Virus record (IMG/VR): IMGVR_UViG_3300027969_000133
Coordinates: 1-53,796 of that record
Length of the DNA stretch: 53,796 nt
Source of the DNA: a virus
Taxonomy: Duplodnaviria > Caudoviricetes
Reading direction: 5' to 3' (one strand)
Shown piece by piece: positions 8,801-15,491 of this stretch. The notes under the pieces were generated by a model. The model was not told the origin of the DNA. It did no database searches and saw nothing but the letters and a program-made list of their open reading frames with translations. The position numbers and the translations under genes are program-made. Positions within the stretch are counted from its first letter, which is position 1, and the number at the start of each line of letters is the position of its first letter.

Positions 8801-10437
8801 AGAACTTTAAATGCAGGCATTAATAAATTAGTCACCACTGGAATTACTGCTGACAGTATCTGTGCAAAAATATTAAACGCTGGAACAATAACTTGTTGTA
8901 CAAATGATGCTAGCGTTTCAAATGATTTCATCAGCATGTCTAACATTGCAGGGTTAGCCAGGGCTTGTTGAAATCCGTTACTAAATTCTGCTAATCTTTG
9001 TTTAGCCTTAGTTAAATTTTCTGCTAGGTTAGCTTTAGCTGTTGCTTTACCTTGTTCTCCAATAGCTTGACTGTATCCGTCAACTTTTTGTGCAGCTAGA
9101 TCTGCCATGGCTACATAAGTTGCTCCTGCTTCTGCATCATACAAACCTCTAGCTTTGTTTCTCTTTACACTCTCTTTGGCTTCAAGAATGGCAGAATTTT
9201 TAGCTTGATTCAATGTGTCTTGATTAATTTTTCCGCCTGCTTGTAATGTTCGACCAAATTGCATAGTCTGTTCAGCAACTCCGGGTAACATACTTTGTAG
9301 TTTAATTGCTTCATCCGTAGTAACGTTACCAGTAGCAATCATATCAGCAATAGCTGCCTGCTGTTCTGCAGGAAAGCTAGTAATGTATGACATCATCTGA
9401 CGCTGTTGATCTGCATCAAGACCCGACATCGCTGCGCGAATCTTAGCATCTTTCATTAATTTTGCTTGTTCGTCTTCTTTTTGTTGACGACTGACACCGG
9501 TAATTTTTGCTAACGCATCAAGTTCTTTCATGTAAGCCCCAGAACTTGCAACTAGTTGTTGAGTATTCATTCCCTGCAATGCTCCGGTCTTTCCTAGCAT
9601 GCCAATATGTTTTGCCATGCCTCCGTTAATTTGTTCTGTAGTAAATCCTAATCGTTGTAGTTCTGCACCTACTCCGCTTTGTTGTATTCCTTTAGCAAGG
9701 CCTGCAAACTGTTTTGCTCCTTCTTCGGTTGTACCGCCTAATAACATTAATGCTTCTGAATTTTTAGCAAGTAAATTTGCAAAATTATCTAGAGTCATAC
9801 CTGCGCCGCCAGCTGCACGACTCATATCTTGTACACTGCCGTTAAATGTAGCACCTACACTTGCGGCTGTTTGATAACTCTTAACAGATCCTTCAACTGC
9901 ACCTGCTACCGCCGAAAATGCTCCGGCAAGCGGTCCACCTACAATGGGAATCATCCTTAACGCACCAGCAGCCGCTGTAGTACTATCGCCAACGTTAGCC
10001 ATCGTTTGCAATGTCTCAGCAAACTTTGCTCCTAACTCCATTGTGTTTTTAGTTAAACCAACAATAGCCCCAGCGGCTGCTCCAGCTCCAGCAGCAAGGC
10101 CAGATATCGAATATGCTGCTAAGTGAGCCGATTGCCCTACTAGTTTAAAACTAGCGCCTGCTAGTTTACCGGCGGCAGCAAAAGTTTTAGCTGCACCTAT
10201 ACCGTCTTTGGTTTGTTTGTTTAACTTACTTTGATTTTCGGCACCTTCTTTGGCTTCCTTATTGCCGCTTCCTTGACCGCCTTGATTTGCTCCGGACTTG
10301 CCTTTAGACTGTTGCTGTATGGCTTTCTGGGTACCCTGCATAACTTTAAGTATTTCTTGCAAGGTCGCTTCTGAGGCGGCATTTTTGGCTTCTATTAAGC
10401 CTATGCCCGGAATATCAATTTCTACTTTTTCTGCCAT
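5893..10437 (-). CDS. Tape-measure-like protein with hydrophobic segments and an NlpC/P60-type peptidase domain
   Basis: ~1514 aa from MAEKVEI; Ala/Gly-rich helical N-half, several hydrophobic stretches, coiled coil, then YGFG...IDCSGW...DHI. Start placed at 10437 because the upstream extension overlaps the divergent gene. Confidence 0.75.
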   Translation of the reverse strand: MAEKVEIDIPGIGLIEAKNAASEATLQEILKVMQGTQKAIQQQSKGKSGANQGGQGSGNKEAKEGAENQSKLNKQTKDGIGAAKTFAAAGKLAGASFKLVGQSAHLAAYSISGLAAGAGAAAGAIVGLTKNTMELGAKFAETLQTMANVGDSTTAAAGALRMIPIVGGPLAGAFSAVAGAVEGSVKSYQTAASVGATFNGSVQDMSRAAGGAGMTLDNFANLLAKNSEALMLLGGTTEEGAKQFAGLAKGIQQSGVGAELQRLGFTTEQINGGMAKHIGMLGKTGALQGMNTQQLVASSGAYMKELDALAKITGVSRQQKEDEQAKLMKDAKIRAAMSGLDADQQRQMMSYITSFPAEQQAAIADMIATGNVTTDEAIKLQSMLPGVAEQTMQFGRTLQAGGKINQDTLNQAKNSAILEAKESVKRNKARGLYDAEAGATYVAMADLAAQKVDGYSQAIGEQGKATAKANLAENLTKAKQRLAEFSNGFQQALANPAMLDMLMKSFETLASFVQQVIVPAFNIFAQILSAVIPVVTNLLMPAFKVLGEFMQSTVIPAFNILGIWVRDAIVPIFKQAWSIISETIGSFTKMLGITDDVGDGLGTFEEILYDISYFIEDNLQPILLGFGVLMGAVIVAKVVAFGAAMLSMLAPIGSFVVGLASATWSLMKTAVSVGIAAVQFVGSLTMMAARAIMTSVSFLAVNAPLALAAIAIAGLAWGFKKLGGDLTILADAMKWAGSWVNTLFLKLQLGIYSLLNKIPGMRGDFDKDIQGIGEKLKENEDNRAKLEDDMAKRRKANLDQQKADADKEAADKKKAEAERQAQEAQGDANAVARDEKAAKREEERAARKARREQDAIKNKENAELGAIDAKAEREKAAAEEAKGVTIDKSDPIQMLKTFANQQKSAFTQEAKALDDKDKARSDLALASQEYAKAVEQNGKATNDMERKAAEERMKAAEERLGKANKANQEADEVVKKAAERMTLAKQGKDPGAVSAGTPPSTSGTTAPATSTGTPTVDKAAVTEGVGNLYQQTQDAINKGIKYGFGSKDLKTGAIDCSGWIANINTNMMNSINKEAGKEIYGKEAKKAFQGSAADIIKNVSAAGGGMLEGSKDIRKNLKEGMLIGEDNGAKGWDAGRYKGIDHITQTVKDPKTGKLMISESQGGKGVTMTDPEEYFKRKEAKGVKLFGTDMTAMAKGAEGKVTAPPSATANIPKPELSAAEKEKAAAAEKAKADKARADAAATDPRRTDRTTEAKPVETKPVTATTPAEPKREETLQSLIRDGITPTTIAFQELINKGIKPFQSVMSSGIQIKTPLKGEVPAKESLSPGEELVKATAEAQAKMLQARDPGTGELLSAAKDLSKSSEIQTSLAQNKTRGMYDAEAGKSYVAMAKMLESPLASISDMSKIDLTKSSQAVQPKDVNSSAAFETPKAEIIAQAEKAAAEKAAAKEKEMAEKDAKFKEAVAQTSNQEGALSGSSDLNTALAELIAISRKTADLNEKQLSVQSSLSGDLFA

Positions 10438-10464
10438 TTTAATATTTTCCCAGAAAACTGCGCA

Positions 10465-10472
10465 TATAAATA
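10465..10472 (+). promoter_or_regulatory. T4-type late promoter TATAAATA
   Basis: Exact consensus upstream of the GGAG RBS and GTG start at 10518. Confidence 0.8.
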
Positions 10473-10517
10473 CTATGCCATACAGTGACGATATTGTATT
10501 TATTGGAGATAAAAACC

Positions 10518-11375
10518 GTGGATCAAAACAATCAAGCAAAAAAGCATAACCCATTAAGTCAATGGTTTAGACAGCCTAAGATTTTTGTAAAGTTGCCTTC
10601 ACAGGGCGAATACTACCCTGCAGGCGCACTAGACAAAAGTACCACAGGCGAATACCCAGTTTATGCTATGACTGCCAAAGATGAATTAATGTTTAAAACT
10701 CCCGATGCATTATTAAGCGGACAGTCAACTGTTGAAGTTATTAAGAGCTGCATTCCTGCGATTCAAGATCCTTGGACTATGCCTAGCCTAGATATCGACG
10801 CCGCATTAATTGCTGTGCGTATTGCTACCTACGGTGAAAATATGGGAGTTGAAGCTAACTGTCCGCATTGCGAACATTTAAACGAATACGATATTGATTT
10901 AGTTAAATGGTTAGACACTATCAATGCTTGGCAGTTTAAACCAGAAGTAGAAATTGCTCCCTTAACTATACATGTTCGCCCTTACACATACAAAGAACTT
11001 AGCCAAACTAGTTTAAAAACTCTTGAGCATCAACGCATCTTTAATGTAATTAACAATGAAGAAATGAGCGACGAAGATAAAATTGAAAAATTTGGCAAGA
11101 GTTTTGTTAAACTCACAGAACTCACTGTAGATATTATCGCAGGTTGTGTAGCTATGATATCAACACCTGACGGTGATGTTACTGATCAAGAACAGATTCA
11201 AGAGTTTATTCGCAATTCACCAAGAGATGTTTTTGATAAAATTTCTGAGCATATCAACGATATGAAAAAGAATATTGAATTGCCTGTACAACATGTTAGC
11301 TGTAACGAATGTGAAAAAGAATTCGACATGCCTGTTACAATGGATCAATCAAATTTTTTCGCAGTAAGATCCTGA
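10518..11375 (+). CDS. gp26: Baseplate hub assembly chaperone (gp26-like)
   Basis: Motifs LPSQG, MTAKDE, LDIDAALIAVRIATYGE, two CxxC pairs (CPHC, CNEC) and terminal NFF; GTG start after GGAG. Confidence 0.8.
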   Translation: MDQNNQAKKHNPLSQWFRQPKIFVKLPSQGEYYPAGALDKSTTGEYPVYAMTAKDELMFKTPDALLSGQSTVEVIKSCIPAIQDPWTMPSLDIDAALIAVRIATYGENMGVEANCPHCEHLNEYDIDLVKWLDTINAWQFKPEVEIAPLTIHVRPYTYKELSQTSLKTLEHQRIFNVINNEEMSDEDKIEKFGKSFVKLTELTVDIIAGCVAMISTPDGDVTDQEQIQEFIRNSPRDVFDKISEHINDMKKNIELPVQHVSCNECEKEFDMPVTMDQSNFFAVRS

Positions 11376-11587
11376 GCCTCTCGGTACCAGAGATCGTAGA
11401 GTACTCTAAAAAATTAGATAAAGAAAGCCGAGAAATTAAGAAAGAAGCACTTAAGATGTGTTGGTACATGCGCGGCATGAGTTATGCAGAATCAATGCAC
11501 CTTAGTTATGAAGAGCGCAGTATTATTGGTGATATTATAAAAGAAAATTTAGAAACAACTAAGAAAACAAACTTGCCGTTTTTTTAA
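11360..11587 (+). CDS. -1 frame extension of the gp26-like gene (gp51-like; probable frameshift product)
   Basis: Open frame RSKILSLSVPEIVEYSKKLDKESREIKKEALKMCWYMRGMSYAESMHLSYEERSIIGDIIKENLETTKKTNLPFF* fills the gap, has no RBS/start at its 5' end, and begins at slippery AAATTTTTTC. Confidence 0.75.
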   Translation, partial: RSKILSLSVPEIVEYSKKLDKESREIKKEALKMCWYMRGMSYAESMHLSYEERSIIGDIIKENLETTKKTNLPFF

Positions 11588-11880
11588 AGTTTCTGTATTT
11601 GATTTAACAAGTCTCTTGCTAGTTCAGTTTGCTGTTGAGTTAACACAGACACATCCCCTTTTACCACAGCCTGCATAATTCCTTCAGCATCTCTTACTTG
11701 ATATTTTTCAAGAGTTATTGTTGGCTTGTTTGATTCTGCACTGCTCGAACTTGGCTCGCCAGCACTGCTGCCTTTACCCCATTGACTAGGATTAAAGGCT
11801 TTGTCTACAGCTTTTTCAGCTTTTTTAAATCCTGAAGAAAATGCATCACCAGGATTAAGGCTAAGTTCTTTTATTCTCAT
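11584..11880 (-). CDS. Hypothetical protein, possible internal head protein
   Basis: Starts MRIKEL; ATGA overlap with the upstream gene. Confidence 0.7.
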   Translation of the reverse strand: MRIKELSLNPGDAFSSGFKKAEKAVDKAFNPSQWGKGSSAGEPSSSSAESNKPTITLEKYQVRDAEGIMQAVVKGDVSVLTQQQTELARDLLNQIQKL

Positions 11881-12860
11881 GTGCGTTTTCTAAACAAACT
11901 AAAACCTTCAGCCATCATAGGTTGTCTACGAACAATACTGTCAGAAGTTACGCCCATAATTCTTTCACGGTCAGCATCAATTTCTGCTTGACTTGCTGCT
12001 GGAGCCTGTTGTTTTGTTTTTGCTGCATTAGCTTCTCTTCTTTTTACAGCTCTAGGATCTTGACTCAGTTGACCTTTTACTCTGCCGCCGGTTTTCTTTG
12101 GGGCTACCGGTGCTGGAGCCGCAGTTGGCTCAGCTGCTGGCGCTGCCGTAGGAGCTGCCGCTGTTGGTTCAGGTGCTGGAGCTTCTGGTGCTGCTGCCGT
12201 AGGCGCTGTTGGTTCAGGTGCTGCTGGAGCAGTTGTAGCTGCTGGCGCTGCTGCTGGTGCAGCACCTGCTGCGGGTTTTGCTGCTGGCGCTGCCATTGAT
12301 TTTTGTAACAATTGTAAAATTCTTTGTTTGCCTTTCTTGTCTAACTTGTCAATATTAGCTTTAACTTGGGCATACATTGTCTGGCCGGCTGCTGAAGAAT
12401 CTTGACCGGCTGTAGCTGCCGCTGTCTTATCTGCTGCAACTTTAGCTTGACCTTGTAATGGTTTTGCGGCTGCTGTGCCTGCTGGTCCTGCTTTGTTAAC
12501 ATCGCCTGCTGTTGGTTGTGCAGTTGGACCGCCTACAGGTTCTGTTGCTGGAGGCAATCCGGCAGTTGGGCCACCAGTAAGTGCAGGTTGTGCTCCGCCT
12601 ACTGCTGGTTTTTCTGCTGGTGTTTCACCTGCTGCTGGAGCCGCTGTTTCAGGTTCGTCGTCGCCTGCTCTAGCAACTGCTGCCTTACCTGCATCCCAAC
12701 CTTTCTTCATGGCTGTTCCGGCTCCTGCAATACCTCCTGCAACTGCTCCAACTCCTTTAGCTACTCCGCCAGCAAATTTGCCGACCGCAGATCCAAATTT
12801 GTTTAGCATTGGGCCTTCTTCTAGGTTGTGACTTTCTACTAATATTTCATGAATTTTCAT
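11877..12860 (-). CDS. Pro/Ala-rich probable internal virion protein
   Basis: Starts MKIHEILVESHNLEEG; contains PEPTAA repeats; shares a helix motif with the upstream gene. Confidence 0.75.
   Translation of the reverse strand: MKIHEILVESHNLEEGPMLNKFGSAVGKFAGGVAKGVGAVAGGIAGAGTAMKKGWDAGKAAVARAGDDEPETAAPAAGETPAEKPAVGGAQPALTGGPTAGLPPATEPVGGPTAQPTAGDVNKAGPAGTAAAKPLQGQAKVAADKTAAATAGQDSSAAGQTMYAQVKANIDKLDKKGKQRILQLLQKSMAAPAAKPAAGAAPAAAPAATTAPAAPEPTAPTAAAPEAPAPEPTAAAPTAAPAAEPTAAPAPVAPKKTGGRVKGQLSQDPRAVKRREANAAKTKQQAPAASQAEIDADRERIMGVTSDSIVRRQPMMAEGFSLFRKRT
12115..12290. repeat. Low-complexity coding repeats (PEPTA/APTAA)
   Basis: gctgttggttcaggtgctg and gctgccgtagg each occur twice within a gctgctgg-rich tract. 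Confidence 0.7.
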
Positions 12861-12861
12861 T

Positions 12862-14277
12862 TTATGCAGTTCCTAATTGTTTTTGCAGATAAGCCATGAT
12901 GCGCTGGCGACCTTTCTTATCTAGAGTTTGTACATCCTTTTTAATTTGAGCGTACATTGATTTTGCTACTGGTTCTTCAGCAGCACCTGATGAAATCTTT
13001 AAAGTGTTGTAAACAGAATCAATAACTCCTGCTTCAACTCCTTGACTGGTTAAGAATTGTTTTAGTTCTTCACTGTCAGTTGGTGCTCCAGCTTTTTGCC
13101 AAGCACTATTTAATTTGTCTGCGGTTATAGTGGTTGTAAGATTCTTGCCTTTGGTTTTAGCCCAATCAACTGCCTTACCTGCCGCTCCTTTAACAGAATC
13201 CCAAATGCCTTCGTCTAATTGTTGAGCACACACTCTATTAATAACCATATAGACCTGGCCTTCACTTAATCGTGTGCCACTGCGTTCAATACTCTGCGTT
13301 ACCATCTTGCCGCCTACAGAAGTCATAGTTCCGCCATTCATGTCAGCAATTGATTTTAGCGTTGACATAACTGCTCTTTCTACAGCAATTTTATGACTAG
13401 TTGGAGAAAGACTACCACCAACCTGATCGACAACTTTTTCAGCAAGCTCTCTCATTTTCATTGTATCGCCAGGATTGATGTCTCCTGCGTCAATGGCTCC
13501 CATAATTTTATCTCTAGCCGACTGTTCAGCGTTCTTCATGATTTGGTAAGCAGTTCCACCAGCAGCTTTACCTGCATCAGTAGCTTGAGAAGCTAACCAA
13601 TCTTTTTGTTCTTGTGGAGATAATCCCGGAGGCATACCGTCTGGTCCGTTTGGCAATGGTCCTTCAGGTTTACCTTTAATTAAATCGCCGAGCTTGCTAG
13701 CACCGTAGGCTGTTGCTCCGGTCTTTGCTCCTGAATAGGCCGCGCTAGAAAATTTTTCACCTTGCAACAACTTGTCAGTCATCTTTAATAGACCCAACAC
13801 TGCTGCCCCACCAAGTCCTGCTCCTGAAATACCTGCTGCGGCAATCAGAGCAGCATATATTAATCCTTGAGCAACAGGATGTTCTTTGGCAAACTTCCTA
13901 TAGCCCATAATTATTTTACTAACTGCATTATCAGGACCACCAAGTCCTGCTTCAATCTTAGCTACTGCTTGATCGTACTTTTGATCAACTGCTTTAATTG
14001 GCTTGCTATCTTGTACTTTTGTTTTTAGATCTTCCCAGGCTTTGTTAACTGCTTCGGCAGCATCTTTGCCCTTTCCTAACAAGGTCCTGTTGCCTCCAGC
14101 AGCAGTTGCACCTTTTTCAATCTCGGCAAACAGACTTTGTATTTGATCACTGGTTAGTGCTGCTTCTCTAATTGCATAGCCAGCACTTTCCCATAACTTA
14201 ACAGATCGTAACTCGGCATTCTCTAATCCTTCGTAGAGATATTGATTACGACTTTCAATTAGATTTATTACTCTCAT
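12862..14277 (-). CDS. Probable internal virion/ejection protein with a hydrophobic hairpin
   Basis: Starts MRVINLIES; many LxE sites (LIES, LYEG, LWES, LSEG, LDEG); hydrophobic segment VAQGLIYAALIAAAGISGAGLGGAAVLGLL; late-type promoter upstream. Confidence 0.7.
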   Translation of the reverse strand: MRVINLIESRNQYLYEGLENAELRSVKLWESAGYAIREAALTSDQIQSLFAEIEKGATAAGGNRTLLGKGKDAAEAVNKAWEDLKTKVQDSKPIKAVDQKYDQAVAKIEAGLGGPDNAVSKIIMGYRKFAKEHPVAQGLIYAALIAAAGISGAGLGGAAVLGLLKMTDKLLQGEKFSSAAYSGAKTGATAYGASKLGDLIKGKPEGPLPNGPDGMPPGLSPQEQKDWLASQATDAGKAAGGTAYQIMKNAEQSARDKIMGAIDAGDINPGDTMKMRELAEKVVDQVGGSLSPTSHKIAVERAVMSTLKSIADMNGGTMTSVGGKMVTQSIERSGTRLSEGQVYMVINRVCAQQLDEGIWDSVKGAAGKAVDWAKTKGKNLTTTITADKLNSAWQKAGAPTDSEELKQFLTSQGVEAGVIDSVYNTLKISSGAAEEPVAKSMYAQIKKDVQTLDKKGRQRIMAYLQKQLGTA

Positions 14278-14299
14278 TTAAGATCCAAGACTTATTTGT

Positions 14300-14307
14300 T
14301 ATTTATT
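14300..14307 (-). promoter_or_regulatory. Candidate late promoter AATAAATA
   Basis: Lies ~22 nt upstream of the ATG at 14277. Confidence 0.6.
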
Positions 14308-14312
14308 ACAGC

Positions 14313-14820
14313 TATGAGCTAAAGCTCATATTCGTTTTCGCTAAACGCTCAACGAATTTCTTTTCTTTTAACATTGATTATACTAAGTGCGAAGCACTTT
14401 AAATATTATCTAGATTGTTCAGTCACACTTAGCCCTTGCGGGCTAAAAATGAACATTATCTGAGTTGCACAATGGTCACTTAGCGTTACAGCATTACCAA
14501 GGCGGTCGTCCGGTACCTTTAGCTGCGTCTTAATACGACGGCGGGTCTGCAAATATACGCTAACATACTTACAGCCGTGGGTTCTTCACCCTCTTTTAGC
14601 CTTGAATAATTCTTTCTTGTACAGTAAACCGGTTCTGTAGGCATATCCGATCGTGGTCCTGTTAAGGATACTACTGTTACAACCCCTCTACCAAGTAGGG
14701 AATTCCATTGACTGCGATCCGAGATCCAGCTTTAAGGGCACTTTAACAACGCCGGTGCGGGCTTATTTGGCAGTCTTTTGCCTGGATTTATTGAGCCTAG
14801 ATGTGCCTTGCGGCTGTGTC
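14313..14820 (-). ncRNA. Candidate large structured non-coding RNA, family not recognised
   Basis: Only large gap in a densely coding window; two GCAA-tetraloop hairpins, G-U-containing stems that pair better on the minus strand, and long-range helices. Confidence 0.65.
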
Positions 14821-14826
14821 TGTCTA

Positions 14827-15261
14827 TTACTTTTTGGGTTTTTTGAGGATGTGTGAGCCGTGAACTCGAACCTGTATGTGACCGTTGTACCAGTCAGTTG
14901 ATTCTAGAACTTTGTGTTTAAATTGTTCTCTTGCCTCGATGTAGCTGCATTCTGATTTAGTTGTGCAGTAAAATAGAATTTCTCTGGTGAAGTTTTCTTT
15001 GCCTAGTGCCTGTATATCTGCTGTTAGCGCATCGCTAGAACCATAATAGTCCTTCCAGTCGCTTTCAATCTTGCCTCTAATCTTCTTTTTCTTCTTTTTG
15101 CCGTTTTTAAGTGTGACTGTTTTGTATGTTGTTTTAGCGAATTTTGCTAGTTTTTTGCCTATGTACTTGCGTCCAGAGATAACATTTGTAATAAGATATA
15201 CGAATCCAATATACTCTTCCGAGATTTCTTCAACGATTTTTTTCTTATACAACCATGTCAT
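14827..15261 (-). CDS. Small stand-alone GIY-YIG family nuclease
   Basis: GFVYLITN...KYIGKK, YYGSS, F.REIL, conserved E (YIEARE) and terminal YNG; Lys-rich insertion KNGKKKKKKIRGK. Confidence 0.85.
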   Translation of the reverse strand: MTWLYKKKIVEEISEEYIGFVYLITNVISGRKYIGKKLAKFAKTTYKTVTLKNGKKKKKKIRGKIESDWKDYYGSSDALTADIQALGKENFTREILFYCTTKSECSYIEAREQFKHKVLESTDWYNGHIQVRVHGSHILKKPKK

Positions 15262-15491
15262 CCCTTATGTATCTTAGGGGGCCTCCCAACCATGCCTTTT
15301 CTGGATTCTTTGCGTTCTTCACGCTTTGTTTGTATTTCTACTCGTCTAATTGATGCCTCATTGCGTATTTCACTTAGCCAATACCGTGCCTTTACTCCTG
15401 CCTCGTCACTGCCTCTGTACTCAAAACGATCCTGCCATTTGAAATATTCCTGAAAGGCACGGATCATTTTATCGTGAGATTCAGTTGTCAA
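15258..15491 (-). CDS. Small basic helical protein, weak resemblance to Hc1/histone-H1-like proteins
   Basis: ATGA overlaps on both sides; contains GSDEAGVKARYWLSEIR. Confidence 0.65.
   Translation of the reverse strand: MTTESHDKMIRAFQEYFKWQDRFEYRGSDEAGVKARYWLSEIRNEASIRRVEIQTKREERKESRKGMVGRPPKIHKG

Noticed and set aside
10438-10554. ORF-track N-terminal extensions of the two divergent genes (to 10554 and from 10485)
   Set aside because: They would overlap each other and the TATAAATA promoter region; ATG 10437 and GGAG-preceded GTG 10518 fit better.
12115-12290. CRISPR-like repeat array
   Set aside because: In-frame low-complexity coding repeats with no regular repeat-spacer pattern and no cas genes.
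6227-13596. Many plus-strand ORFs antisense to the tape measure and Pro/Ala-rich genes
   Set aside because: Shadow frames produced by codon bias of the real genes (e.g. Cys/Trp-rich translations of gct/gca repeats).
14313-14820. tmRNA, RNase P RNA, tRNA, or group I/II intron
   Set aside because: No tRNA-like/CCA end, no GAGGAAAGUCC, no clear intron core or domain V motifs, and flanking genes appear intact. By-eye check only; cmscan would be decisive.
14653-14856. 67-aa plus-strand ORF in the intergenic gap
   Set aside because: No RBS, no recognisable motif, antisense to its neighbours and overlapping the GIY-YIG end; RNA structure explains the region better.
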